This document shows, piece by piece, positions 48,701-62,199 of a DNA stretch of 64,000 nt. The stretch's first letter is position 1; each line of letters starts with the position of its first letter. Under the pieces are notes generated by a model, which was given only the letters and a program-made list of their open reading frames with translations, ran no database searches and had not been told where the DNA came from. Location: NCBI RefSeq assembly GCF_036971445.1, contig NC_091478.1, positions 10,354,001 through 10,418,000 on the forward strand. Direction: 5' to 3'. The position numbers were made by a program, and so were the translations under genes. Source of the stretch: Narcine bancroftii (lineage: Eukaryota).

Positions 48701-51700
48701 ATTCAGACGTCCAGCTTAACGTTCGCCACAATCTTGCACTCGCCATTAAAGGAAATACAAGTTACGTTCGTTGTGTGAGAACTTTAATTTAATTTCGGAT
48801 ATAAAATGTTGAGTTGAACCATATATTTTTTAAATGTTACGCAAATTCCATAGAAACCCCCTAACATAAATGGAACAACTCCGTTAAAATGCACAACTGG
48901 ATGACTTTGATTTGATTTCTTCGAGTGTGGCAATGAGCACCTAAAAATACTGCGACTTGTCCAAATGGAACAATATAGTTTTTTTCCCCCTCAAACAGCG
49001 AATATCTTATTAGTTACATGACTTTCACTAAAGGAATGCAATGTCGCTCTGATATCGCTTGGAGATCAGGTTCTCCCTCTCCTGTGTTACAAACTGATTT
49101 TCTTTTTGCTAATTATTCCCCTTTAGGTTATAAGAAGACAGATCAGAGAGGTACACATTTCGAGGTCATAAAACAACCCCTGAGGAGAAGACATCAGAAA
49201 CCGCGAACATGTCCATCAGGGCAGTCAATCTCTCTGACGGCAGATGCTTATCATCGGGGAGCTCCTTTGTAATATGAAGTCTTGCAACAAGAGATAAACG
49301 AGCTGCTTGATACTTTAGGTGTTGTCACTGAATGTTGAAGACTTATATCGTTTTAGGGAATGATTCTTTATCCCTCTTTTTTTTAATGTTTCCCTTTAAA
49401 GAGATGACGCCGCGTCCCTGAACAGACACAGAAACCGAAGCCAATGGCAATTAACCTTTTGCCTGCCGCAGTGAGAGTTTGAAACCGTACCCAGGAAGTT
49501 CATTTTTCTTTACTGTTTAGTTGTCTCACCGCACCCTCCTCCTTCGGCCTATTCAATCTACGATGATTCGGCAGTCACACATTGGTTGGCAAAATCGCGG
49601 GTTGGGAAAAGGTTAATAGTTTTCAAAGTTAAAGTTTGCAAATGGTAAACACTTAACTTCTCTATTAATTTTAGTGAACACATTGTTCTTGAACAGCAAG
49701 TTGCTGAATGCAGCAACCGAAAAATAATTCTACTTTGGGACGGAGTAAAATTCATTCAGAACTAACTCCGGATGTTTTTATAAAAACCATGGTTTTTATA
49801 CAGCACCCCCTGTCGATATATGTTTATTGTATCGCCATCTCTTCAATTGTAAGTTACCAACGCGTACTTCCCTGTCTTTTACTTTATCTGACATTGCGTG
49901 CAATAGGGACGAAAAGTTTTCCCACGGAGTACTCAGAATAATATCGGAACATCAAAACAAGTTCATGCATTGCTACGATGGCTTAAAAAAAATCAAACCA
50001 GAGCCTATTATATTTCTTGTATGGAAGGGCTCTCCAACTCCTAAATTTGGGATGAAATTAAAAAGTTTACACCACTTTTGAGTAAATGTCGAAACTCCAA
50101 ACCAAGCCAGCTCTCAGCGTTCAAGACTGATGTAGAAAGAGAACTAAATTCTAATAGATTATTAACGCAATATATGCGAGTTGACGATAACAATTAAAGC
50201 ACTTGGAGAAGATCATGAGGGAAATTGGAATTCTGCTTCCCAACTCAATATTATAGATCGACGAAAATGAGGTCGGTATTATTAAACTTGTGAATTATTA
50301 CAAGACTAATTAAAAATTAGAATTAAAAGAGGGAAGGAATAAATTATCCTTCTAATTCTTTAAATGAGCTGTCTTGCAATCGAGATATATGGCTTCTCAG
50401 CAGATGCCTGAAAAAAATATTGAGAAAAATCGCGTTGCATCTTATTTTAACACTGGAAACCTTGACTCATTGTTCAAGATAATGTCGGAAATGCAAATCA
50501 CATCTTAAAACATCAAACGATTGAATTGCAATCTACGTTGGAAGTTTATCTGGTTTGTGTAGAATGAATAAGGCAGTATCAAAACCCAGACTTCAGAAGG
50601 TTTTTGTTTGAACCAACCTTTTTATAAAAGGAATCTATAGCAGAGGTGTGTTTACTTGCCCAAGTTGGAGATGGCTGGTGGAGAGAGAAAAGGTCAGCCG
50701 ACTCCTCCCTTTGTGTCAGTTTGATGAAATTATAGCAAATTAAACTATAATTGATGTTAGAGAAGGCAAGAAAAAAATGGAGGTCTTAAATAAAGCCATG
50801 AAATATTGGAAGAGAACAGCAAGCAATCTAATCTAATTGTGGCAGATACCATGTTGTGTCCATCTTAACCGCTGGATATATTTATACTCCGATGAGCTTT
50901 CTATTTTAGATTTAGTCGTTATTCCCCTTAAAATTTCAGATCTAAACGTTTCGGAAGTGCAATATACGTTTGTAGGCCAACCTGGCATCGGAAAGGCAAT
51001 AATCCCATGGCTTTGCACATCAGCTCTCACTCGGAATGATTATGCGGCGACATTTAAGTAGTTTTCTAAATGGATTTGAGATAACCTATTCAATAATTTC
51101 AGCGGTTATGTTAATATTAAGCCATCTATACAGGCGTGAGCGTTCTGTTAAAGCCACAGTGATAGAAATCTTGATGTCTCCTGATTATCCGCGATGGGGG
51201 TGGGGGTGGGGAATAAAGCGCAGTATGGCTGATATGGTGATTACCAGTCTTGGCAGTCAAGGCAGAAATAAGATGACATATTTTGTCAATAATAGTGGAT
51301 AATTATTCACAATTAACTGTGCATAATTCCAAGTTTATAATAACCATAATCATTATTAGGGAAGGTTCAAAATGCTTGCGATAGCAATGTCATCATTCCT
51401 TTATCCGCAAAAGCCAATATCCGACCGAAACAATTTCATTCCCTGTGAATTATTAAATATTATTTCATTATGTTCCTCAGCCACGATGAATGGTCAGAAT
51501 GAGAGCCTTGAATAAGTAGGAGAATGCATAGAGGAAAAATGTTAACATCGATATTATTTGTCAAGCTCAATCATCAAACACTTGACAGAAGACGGGTTCT
51601 CCTCTTGTTCTCGTGGTGTATTTCGCACCAAAACGCAAACAAGGCGAACTTGGCTGTGAAAGATTAGTTCTATGAAATGACGTTGACGAGGCTTGTTTAT

Positions 51701-52589
51701 TGATGGCCTGAAGACATTCTCCCAAACACTATGGTGAACAGTGCGTACATACATAGTGCGTGACATCGATTGTTGAGTTATTTCTTCAGCGTATAACTAA
51801 CTGGTGTAGTTAGTTTGCAATTTTAAAAAAACCCATAGTATTTATGGTGGAACCTTATTCGCTATTTAGTCTCTCGCTTATGGTACATAGGATTTGAATT
51901 TGGAATATTTCCACTTTTGAATTTATCTCAAAGTATGAGTTTAAAGTTTGGTTATGTTTTGGAAAGAAAAAGACGTTGAAGGAGGACCACAGGAGGAAGG
52001 AATATGGCTTCTGCCATCGTTCCAAACGCTCGCACACCCTACCTCCTCATATTGCTCGATCAGAAGGAAAAGAAACAGATACCCTATTCGTTACCCAGGC
52101 ATTTGGCCAAACACTCAGCACGTGTCATTAATACCTTACTCGCCTGCTTCACTCTTAATGAGAAATCAAACCAGACCCTGTTCTGGCCTCAATTCCCCAA
52201 ATCGAAAGGTTAGTCCTGTACCCAATGACCCGATACCAGGGACACGTATTAATGAATCTCTTTAATGGATCTTTTTAAAATGCAAATAGACAATAAAGAT
52301 CTGACTCTTTTGAACCCTGTATATATAAATTCACATTATCCGTTCACTGCGGCATACATCTAATGTGATGTTGTAGTGTGATGTAAAACTGGCTGAGTAA
52401 ATGATTGGGAAGATAATCATTATTGTGACTGGGGTGTGTGAAAGATTGAACGTCACCAATCAGCATTAAATGCTGATTCCCAATCAATATCATAATAGGA
52501 GGTGCGAATTTCCAGAGGATCATTCTAACCAATACTGAAACGTCAGGGATTGTAACACCTAGTCCTATGTATCAAACCCATTCCCATCT

Positions 52590-53010
52590 CAAGGCCATCC
52601 CTTTGACCTTGTGAGGACGTTGCCAAAATTGAAGAATTACAGTTATGAGGAGAGCTTGCTTAGTGGTGGTTGTTTTCATTGGAATACAGCAGACTGATTT
52701 GAGATGAACTGCATTCTGAGCTGCCTGCACAGGATGAACAGTAACATTCTATTTCCCTTGCCAAAGGAACTAGGAAACAGATTTGACTTGGTTAGAGAAG
52801 AGATGAGGAAATATCTTTACATACAAAAAGTGACTGGGCTGTCATTCCCTAAAGGCATGGTTGAGTCAGAAGTCCTGAAAAGATTTCAAAGGTGTCTGGA
52901 TAGATGAACATTTGAAAAACACATGCATGACAAGGGTAGTCACTGAATAGATGAGAAGTGGGAGAAACTGGAATGGCCCCATTTTCAGATGACTGGACTT
53001 AAGGCTGAAT
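52590..53010 (+). mobile_element. Decayed CR1 3' fragment
   Basis: SYEESL and MRKYLYIQKVTGL remnants, plus a CR1-like tail. Confidence 0.55.
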
Positions 53011-53383
53011 TCCATGTCATAAATATATATGATTCATTTAATCCCTTCTTGGTGTCTGAACACATCAACTCCCCCCCCCCCCCCCACCCCCCGACTTCTT
53101 TTGGTGCTTTTCCTGGAAAGCATTTGTTCTGAATTCCATTAAACACTCACTTTCAAATTCAGTCCTCGAATCACCACAAAATTTCTCCAAATACTTGATC
53201 TGTTCAGATGTATGCTACCTTAAATACACACATTTCTATATATATGGAAAAAATCATCTTACCCTTGCAGCTTCATTTAGATTGGTTAACATCTCCCACC
53301 CCTCAAGTCCAAAGGAGATATAAGGCATGGATGGATACAGTGGATCTCCAGTTTACAATTAGGTCCAGTTGACCAAATCACTA

Positions 53384-53384
<1 letters not shown>

Positions 53385-53458
<74 letters not shown>
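53385..53458. repeat. (CA)37 microsatellite
   Basis: Perfect CA dinucleotide run. Confidence 0.99.
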
Positions 53459-53462
<4 letters not shown>

Positions 53463-53769
53463 GCACCCAATGGTACTGTCAGAAGGCCCATAGTGGAACT
53501 ATTTTTTTTTCTCTATCACAAATACTCCCCTCTCTGCTGTCTCTTCTGCCTCTATCTTGTGTGAAGAGTTCACAAACTTCATTGAGGTTGAGGCTTCAGC
53601 TTTCTACTGCTATTTTTCTCTCTTTATACAGACCACCAAACTAAACTTCCAAGATCCTTCGCTGCTTGATGTAAATTTATGTCTTCCTCAAGTCCCGACC
53701 CTATCTTGCTAGTTCATCTTTCTATTAGAAGTTGTCTGGCATGTTCGACCAAACTTGCCTTCTACTAAA

Positions 53770-53985
53770 GCAAACAATCAGCTGTTGGAGGAACTCAACG
53801 TGCCAGACAGCATGCACGGGTAGAAATGGTCAGTCAATGTTTAGGGTTGAGATTCTATATTGAGACTAAATCTCAGTAAAAGTTCTTGCCTCAAAGTGTT
53901 GAGTGACTGCTTTTACCCATGGATGCTCACTGGCCCATAGAGTTTCTCCAGCAGTTCTTTATTTGCTCAAGATCCCAGCATTTGC
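53770..53985. mobile_element. Head-to-head inverted pair of Penelope-derived short repeats
   Basis: ctgttggaggaactc...agacagcat ... atgctc...gagtttctccagcag. Confidence 0.6.
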
Positions 53986-54279
53986 TTGCTACTTAACTTC
54001 TTTTCTGATTGATAATGTTAACAAGTTTCTTTCTTTAGACTCTGTTCCCTATCTTCTTCAACTCTGCCATTGAAGCTCCTCAAAAACCAAACCACGCAAT
54101 GTGATATAAAAGTCAGAAATTGCTGGAAATACTCAGTAAATCAGGCAATATTTATGGAAAGAGAAACAGAATTAGAATTCCACATCAGAGACACATCAAG
54201 CAATGTGATTTTTATTTTCTATCCAAAGACTTTAAATGTATTGTAGACTCTTAAATCCATACATGCCTTTTCCTGTCTC

Positions 54280-55420
54280 CAGTTTGATTACAGATCTGGC
54301 TCTGTATCAAAATATTTCATCAAAGTCACTAATGAGATCATATGAAATGGTGTCAAAAGTAAAAGTTTTTTCTTCAACCATGGTGTCTACAGTTTTCTTG
54401 ACCTATTTGTAGCCATTGATCCCACTGCCTTCCTCAGACATCATTTCCCTGTCATCCAAATGGCTGGCTCCAGTCACAGGTAAAGAATCAATTGCGTTAG
54501 ATTTTCTTCTGATCCACTCTTTTTACAATGATCTATGAGTTTTAAAGGGGATTTGAGGGGAAAGTTCTACCTCACCATTACCGTCCTGGATCCAGTCACT
54601 ATCTCCAAACCATCAGAATGCTCATCTCACATCTAGAATGGGAGAGGCAGAAATTTCCTTCAACTCAACATCATGAATATTGAATCCATTTTTTAAAATC
54701 AGAAATGCTGTTGGCTAATTCCTCATTTTATTATTCCTCTTATCTGCTATTTGAAACTCAGCTAGTTTGTTCACAGCTCAGCTCTTCTGTTACTGAAATC
54801 ACCAGCAAAAACTTTGTTACCTCTTGACTACACTGAGGGAAGATTATTGACTGGAAATATCACACCCAAGATGCTACACCCTCTGTAAATCTTAGTTCAT
54901 CCAAATCTGCCTGTATCCTAGTGTCGGAATGCAGATAATATAGCCTCATAGCTGCAACACTTCAGGCTCATCATGACTGCCATTGCCATCCACGTGCAGT
55001 GGCTGCAGAGGCTTTGCCAATATGTTCTGTTCCACTTCTCCTTCTTCAAAAGATATACAAGGTGATTATTTAATTGGCCTTATAAATTGTCCCCAGATGT
55101 ACAATCTGGGCAGAGTTAACATAAAACTAGGTCAGATAGAAAAATAGGGGGAGGGTTGCTCCATGAGCTGGAATGGTTTAAATGGACTGAAATAGCCTTT
55201 CTTTGCTACAAGGAAATATGAAATAAAGACATCCCTACTCACCCCTCATCCCTTCACTCGTTAGCCCATATTAATTTCCAATTAAGCAATCTTCATATGT
55301 TAATTGCTTAAAATCAATTTATGGGCTCCCTGGACCCTATCTCCTTATTCTCCTCCATCTCGATAATACCCAGCATATTGACTCCACTCCAATTCTGGCC
55401 TTTTGGTCATGCACACATTT
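54280..55420 (+). mobile_element. Decayed L2-like LINE with an HE1-like SINE inserted (~54940-55220)
   Basis: IKVTNEI..FLDL..AID RT remnant. SINE core ttaattggccttataaattgtcccc and a CR1-type tail. Confidence 0.45.
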
Positions 55421-57359
55421 AATGGCTTGAGCAAAAGTAGTTGTGTCTATAGCAGCAAATATCCTAAACTTGTAAAGTCCTTGCCTAAACCCTCTGTTCT
55501 GCATCTCAAAAATCATATGAACTTCCAAATTTTGGTCATTTCCCTTCAGATTTCTCATATAGTTCAGTGTCAAATGCCGTTTGATTACGCCCAGAACCAC
55601 TTGGGAGCATTTATGTTTCGTTAGAACCACCTCATAAATACAAATTATTCTTGCTGCTATTAGAACCGCACATATTAAACGTTACTTCCAGAGTGGAGCT
55701 CTTTTAGATTAGGTTAGAAAGGTAAATGAGCAAAACTCAGTTGCACATGATTAATGGCACAAAGCACGTCATTTAAAAAGTATAAAATATTTAACGAAAG
55801 TTAAATGGAACATTTACTCAGTTTAATTATAGAACTGAAGCCTCTCTTCCGCTCTTCAGGACAGACAGGGATTATTAATTTCTGATACCTACCTGTTTTA
55901 TTTGATCTTTGCAGATATGCAAATGTAAATATTTGCTCTCTGACAATCTAGCACATTAATTGTTTAGGGAAAAGATTGCTTGCTTTGCGCTTAGCATTAT
56001 ATTTCTGAGATCTTTACTTTTGAAATGCTGCACCAGTTAAGCTGTGAAATGATTCTATCAACCATTTCACATGCCACCTAAAATAACATGCATTTTTCAG
56101 GAATTTTCACTTCAATCTGAGCAGTCCAATAAACTGTTCATCGAGCCCATGACAACACCATCGTGCCCACTGTTGGAATGAGCAGTATGAAGTAACAATG
56201 ATGGATCAAAATAGGTTGAAAATTTTTAAGTTGCCTCCAATTTCCTCATTGTTTGTTCCTGCAACAAATGCCCACAATCCACTCCATAATTTGCTTTTTT
56301 TGTGTAGATAAATCTTACAAATCACCAAAACGGCTCACAGGCTAGGAAATAAGTGCATTATTTTTATTGTGACACTAACGTATAGGAAAAGCTTGAAGTC
56401 CCAAGCAATTCTGAAAATCAAAAACGATGGTTAAATCCAGGAGTATTGACACCAGCTGATGGCGTCACCGTTCTCTACACCACATTCAACCATATTTGCA
56501 TGATTTTGTTTCGAAACAGAGCCATGCTGACTTTCCTCATGGATTGCCATTGGCATTGGTTCTGTGTCATCTTGTCTAATGTGTTGCATTCCTCTTGACT
56601 CTACATCTTTTTTTTTCCTGCTTAAAATGGAACATAAAAATGTCACTATTTTAAAACCAGACTATCCCTGAAAACTGCCATTATCTGTGCGCGTACTCCT
56701 GCCTTTTTTTCTGCTGTCTAATGTAGGTGACTGTAATGAGGGGAAATGGCAACGGGATGGTTTTGAACTATAAAAATGGGGTGATATGGGAATATTGAAG
56801 CCCTGCTGTGATGATAAGTTACTGACAGTAAATCAATTCATTCACTCTGTCCACTCTTGCAGAAGTTTGCTGAACATTGACATCAATGGACATTTTTTAA
56901 ACAAAAATGAAAGATTCAAGAATGTTGATTTCTGATATGATTTTACTTTTTGTTTGAACCTATTTTTCTCTGTCTAAATATAACCAACCACCTGCAAAGT
57001 ATCTGTGAGCAGCAGTTGTCTTCAGAATCTCACTCAAATAGCTGTGCCTCACACACAAGGCTGGTAGTCAGCTGGAAAGGCCAAGCCTAAAGAGTCAAAA
57101 CCATTTGACCAGTCCCAACATGGAGGAAAGACTAACATTTGCCCAACGATGCTCTGTAGTACATTTGATTGTACAAATCAAATTAAGAACAAAAACAGAT
57201 GTCCTATTTACCCCAACACTGAATATTTTCAAGCAATTCTGAGAAAAAATATATAGTATCATTATTTTTTTTCCAACTAATGTCATTAAATTTTATTTTT
57301 TAAATGTAGGAACCTCTCAATGGCTAAAAATACAAACATTTGGAATTTCCCAGGTTTTG

Positions 57360-57470
57360 GTAACCCTGATGAATGGTTTCAACCAGAAACATTGCCTTCC
57401 ATGGATGCTGTCTAGCATGTTGAATTCTTCCAGCATTTGGTGTGTTTCTCCAGTTTTCCAGCATCTCTTT
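57360..57470 (+). mobile_element. Short Penelope-derived repeat with an intact hammerhead core
   Basis: CTGATGA-A-TGG-tttcaa-CCA-GAAAC at 57366-57390, followed by the conserved tail. Confidence 0.6.
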
Positions 57471-58431
57471 ATTCTCTTGCTTACTTCTGCAAAGATGGAA
57501 CCCCTTGACTTGGGGGGGTTGTATAATTCAAACTCAAAGTAATGGGGATGACTCATTTAAGGACTCTGCTCATTATTAACTGCTAAATATTTATACTTTT
57601 GTATTTGAACAGTTCACTTGTTTACAGTTCTTTCTTTCTTTGAGTATATTTTACAGGTACTGATGATTAGAAATTCTGCCTGGCTTGCAGAAAAAAGAAT
57701 CTCAGGGTTGTATACGATGTCATGTATGTACTCTGACAATAAATTTAAACTTACAAGTGAAATGAATATATAATTTGGGCACCAAATATGAGCTGTGGCA
57801 AGTGGGTGAAACAGTGGAGGAGGCATAGGATCATCCTGAACTTCTGGGGAGGGAAGGAGATTCAAGGGCTGTATAACCCACTTCTCATAATGATTGTTCT
57901 TGCATTCATAGCTGTTAAAAAAAAACAAATTATGAAACATTCTTGCACTAAGTACTCCATAGAGCTGAAAATGATTTGAAAAATATTTTGAGGTATACTC
58001 TGCAGATGTACTAATTTTGAATTAATATTTAATTTTGAAATAAAATTCATTGCTGAGTTTTAAATTAGATATTATTTTAATTGGGTAAGGATGGTAGCAT
58101 GCTCTTCTAATTAACCACATTTTTTAAAAAACCAAACTTTCATTATAACAAATGCCTAAGGCTTTTTTTGCAAAAGAGTTGAATATTTGGAAATATTGAG
58201 AAAAGGATTTGCACAATATTAATGAGAAAATGACTGGGAAGGCACCAATTACCATCACATCGAAAGAATACAGCAGAGCACTCCTGATCCTGTGCCACAG
58301 TTGGTTCCAGGAAAGCAGCCAAGGACTAAATGGCTGAAATTTTCTATGAATCGTTTAACATTTAAACCGTGAAAATACTGAGTAAAACCAAAATAGTGCA
58401 AATGCTGGAGTTATGAAATTAGAACAGATCA

Positions 58432-59062
58432 TTCCTGGACCCAACACACTAATGGCAAAGTGAGAAGAAACCACATCAGTACCTCTACTTCCTCAAGAGT
58501 TTCTGGAGGTTTGGTATGGCATTGGAAACCCTGACAATTTTCTACAGATGCTGACTGGCTGTATCATGGTCTGATATGGGGCAGAATGCCCTGTAAAATG
58601 CAGTGGATGCAGCCCAGGACACCACAGGCAAAACCCTCCCCACCATTGAGAAGATCTGCAGGAAACCCTGCCATTGGAGAGCAGCAGCCATCATCAGTGA
58701 TCCACGCCACCCACTGCCCACTCTGTTCTCACTGCTGCCATCAGGAGAGAGACGACTGACACCATCAGGTTCAGGAACAGCTGCTACCCCTCCACCATCA
58801 GACTCCTCAATCAGGGACTTATTTAAGGACTCCTACTTTTGCACTTTAATGCTTTATTATCTGTATTTCAGTCAGTTTGTCTATATTTCTTTATTTGTTT
58901 ACCTGTGTTCATTGAGTACAGTTTTTTTTTGCACTACCAATAAGTGGTAATTCTGCCTCACCGGCAGGAAAAAGAACCTCAGGGTTGTATGTGATATCAT
59001 CTATGTACGCAATAAATGTATGTACACAATAAATTTATGTATGCAATAAATCTAAAATCTGA
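58432..59062 (+). mobile_element. Rex1/Babar-like LINE 3' end
   Basis: LYFL, LTIFYR, DAAQDTTGKTLPTIEKI, AAAIISDPRHP, LFSLLPSG and FRNSCYPSTIRLL remnants. Tail has three tandem ~17 bp AATAAA-containing units. Confidence 0.8.
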
Positions 59063-59133
59063 ATATGAAATGCTCTGTAAGGTAATATTTTTGGGGAGAG
59101 TGAAAGCATACTGCAAGTAATGTGTGGCTAGAT

Positions 59134-59478
59134 CAGTGGTTTGCAATTTTTTTCTTTCCACTCACAGAACACCTTAAGTATTCTCTATGTCATAAATGCT
59201 CTGTGATTAGTAATTGATTACTTAAGGTGGGATGTGAGTGGAGAAAAAAAAGGTTGAGAATCACTGCTCTTGACCCCATTGTTTTGCTTGAGGAAAAATT
59301 GTCTTTGGCCCATTTCCTTTGGAGTTATGAAACCATGCACATAACGAGTCAATTAGGGATGATTAAAACAGGGGGTTTCAAACTTCTACTCGCACAAGTA
59401 ATCCCTTACCGAGCACTTATGGCATAGGGATTTCTTAAGGTGGTATGTGAGTGGAAAGAAAAAGTTTCAAAACCATTG
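59134..59478. mobile_element. Composite hAT (Charlie-like) MITE: MITE - spacer - MITE
   Basis: Palindromic units at 59134-59266 and 59369-59478. Outer 8 bp TSD ggctagat / ggctatat. Confidence 0.75.
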
Positions 59479-59979
59479 GGCTATATTATGGTGGGCCCAG
59501 CATGTTGCCTGTGGTTGCTACCAATGTGTTTGCCCAACCAACCTCACCTTTTCTAGATGGCCACATCAGCTGAGTCTCCATCCAAGAGATGGTCATGAGG
59601 CTGAGCAGGTTCTGAGCAGGGCCCCTTCCTTCGGAAGGCCCCTTCCTTCGGAAAATTCAACTAGATTTTGACAAACGAGGATACATTCTCATTTGGTCTC
59701 CAGCTCATCCAATACCACTGTGTTTGGCCAGTGGAAGCTGAGACATTAATGACTGATAGCTGGCGGTTCCCTGCATAACCAGCTGCTGTCAGTCTGCTAA
59801 ATATTGCAAGTTTGCTCTCCAGCTTTTTCTACTCTCCTTGCCTTCTTATTCTACAGGTACTGCCTGATCTGCTGAGTGTTTCCAGCGTTTTCTGTGAGTA
59901 TGTAAAAAATATTATGTAGGTTAGATAATGCCTAGATAATTGAACTTCCTCTATGTTATTTGGTCATTGATTTCTATAG

Positions 59980-60365
59980 CTAGGAATGTTGGCCATTCAA
60001 ATTTGACTCATATCCCTTTGAACCTTTTTTGTCCATGCACCTGACCAAAAGAATTTTATAGCAGGTTATTCAACAGACCTACCACTCTCTGTGCTGGGCA
60101 AACACCTCCTAGGTCCCTTGGAAATCATTCCCCCCTCACGGTAAAACTCTGCCCTCTAGTTTTAGACACCCGACTCTGGGCAAATGATGGACTATTTTCT
60201 GTATCCATGTTCCTTGTGATTTTATCAGCTCCCCCCTTAACCTTCTGCACCCCAGGGAGAAAAGTACCAGCCAATCTAGCCTCTCCTTATAATTCAAGCC
60301 CAGCAGTTCCAATGACGTTCTCAGGAATCTTCTCTTCATCCTTTCCAGCTTAATGTTACCTTTCC
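59980..60365 (-). mobile_element. CR1 ORF2 3' fragment
   Basis: LLGLNYKERLDWLVLFSLGCRRLRGELI. Confidence 0.8.
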
Positions 60366-61799
60366 AAGATATTATTGTGTTTATCCCTGAAGATTTGATG
60401 GTGTCTCTGAATAGGATTGGACCAAATCAAAGAGGAAGTAGGATTCATATTATGTTTTTATGAGGCAAAGATTGTACTAAATAATCCAAATGAGCTTCAG
60501 TTACATTGAGCTACTCGCATGCTGCCGGGAATATACTTCCTTTCCTGGCTTTTGCCTGAAAATGATTGTGGTAAGTGCTGGAATATTTTCTATTTTTGTA
60601 ACTGGAATATCTGTAAGTGCCACATTAGAACTGATACTAGAGATTAATATGAACAACATAATTGGATAACACGACATTTTAAACACCACTGAGACCTTTT
60701 ATTGGGCTGGTGCAACTAATCATTGCTGCAGATTCAAACAGCAGTTAGTCTTTTGAAATGTTAAAATTTCTGCATCAATGCAAGCTTGTAGGAGATTATT
60801 CCCATTCAATTCATTAGATACATTTTGTGACTGTGTTTTATTTTTGTTAAATATGTATTTTCAAGAAACTGGATAATACATGCAGATGATGTTAAACAGG
60901 AAACCTGACGTTCTTGCACTATACATCAGGATTAGTGTAGTCAAGAACCTAAATGAACTTGTGTCTTTGTTCCCATTGCCTAGATGCAGATTGAATTTAA
61001 ATGTCACATCTGTGTCTATACGTAAGAGTGGTGGCAGTACTGGTAATGGTGTTAAACCTTCTCAGATAAAGTCCGGTTCCAAAAGCTTGCTGTGGTTTAG
61101 AAATACATATTTAACAAAATAGAAGTTCATGGCATATTTTCTTATGACATAGGAGACCATTTCTCAGAGCACATCAGTTGCCATACCTCCACAACTTGTG
61201 ACTTGTATTTCATCACATGGCCTGAGAGTTTCAAGATTCAAGATTATTTTATTGTCATGTAATAAAACCAAAAATGTGATATTACCCAAAAATTCCTTTC
61301 ATCTACTGTAAGGCACTCAAAGATTCCCTATCAGCATAAATTGCCCAGCACCCCTTGCAGCCAGAGAAAGAGAAATCCATGGCTTCACTTCCAGCATTCC
61401 CACAACCTCTGCAACCACACAGCCTTCAGTCTAAACCATCAGCAGCTTGAGCTCCAGATGCATACCTATGACACGAACGGAAAATCTTCAGCATCCTTGG
61501 CACCCTCTCGCATTCCAGTTCTGATAACTGGTACCCCTTCAGCTACCTGCAGCCTGATATGAGTCCCTTGATTGTAGTCACCTATAGCCTATGTGGGTTC
61601 CTCACCTCCAGTCACCAAAAGTCTGGCGCCTATGTGTTCTTCAGCCTCTGAGCCCCTCACTGGTCCGCCGCTGTGGTCACCGTTCTTTGGATTCCTTCCT
61701 CTGCATTGAGGACCCTTTCTACCTTGTCTCCTTTCTCACAGACATGATAAATTCTACCTAATTCCTTATCACATCCAACTAATACCATTTGTTGGTCTG

Positions 61800-61900
61800 G
61801 ATTCCTCCCCCATTGTTTGAATTCTGAGACTTTCTGATATATCCTGGTCCTGCCTTTTGTTATTTTTCCATGAAGAAGGGCTCAGGCCCGAAACGTCAAT
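61800..61900 (+). mobile_element. Penelope-derived repeat end with near-consensus hammerhead motif
   Basis: Pyrimidine tract, then aTGAAGA-AGGG-ctcagg-CCC-GAAAC-GTC (61870-61897). Confidence 0.6.
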
Positions 61901-62199
61901 ATATCGAAATGCACACAAATGCACACCCATTCGATTTCCTTTGTGTATGCACGCAGCATAGAGGGAACACTGCACCAGAGCTTTTTAATTCAGTAGTAAA
62001 ATAAAATGGCAAATAAAAGTTATATTCAAAACAGAGTTATACAGCACAAAAATGGTCCTTTCACCCAATGAGTCTTTGTCAATTATGACAGGAAGGGCAG
62101 ATGTTTGAGAAATTTACTGGAGTTCTTTGAGTGGTGTGAGTAATGAGTACAGTGGATAGAGGACAGGTGGCTATTGTACACTTGGATTTCTGGAAGGTG

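Noticed and set aside
53369-53644. ORF with a poly-HT tract
   Set aside because: Translation of the (CA)37 microsatellite.
59002-59055. Three tandem ~17 bp units resembling a short array
   Set aside because: No spacers; LINE 3' tail slippage, not CRISPR.
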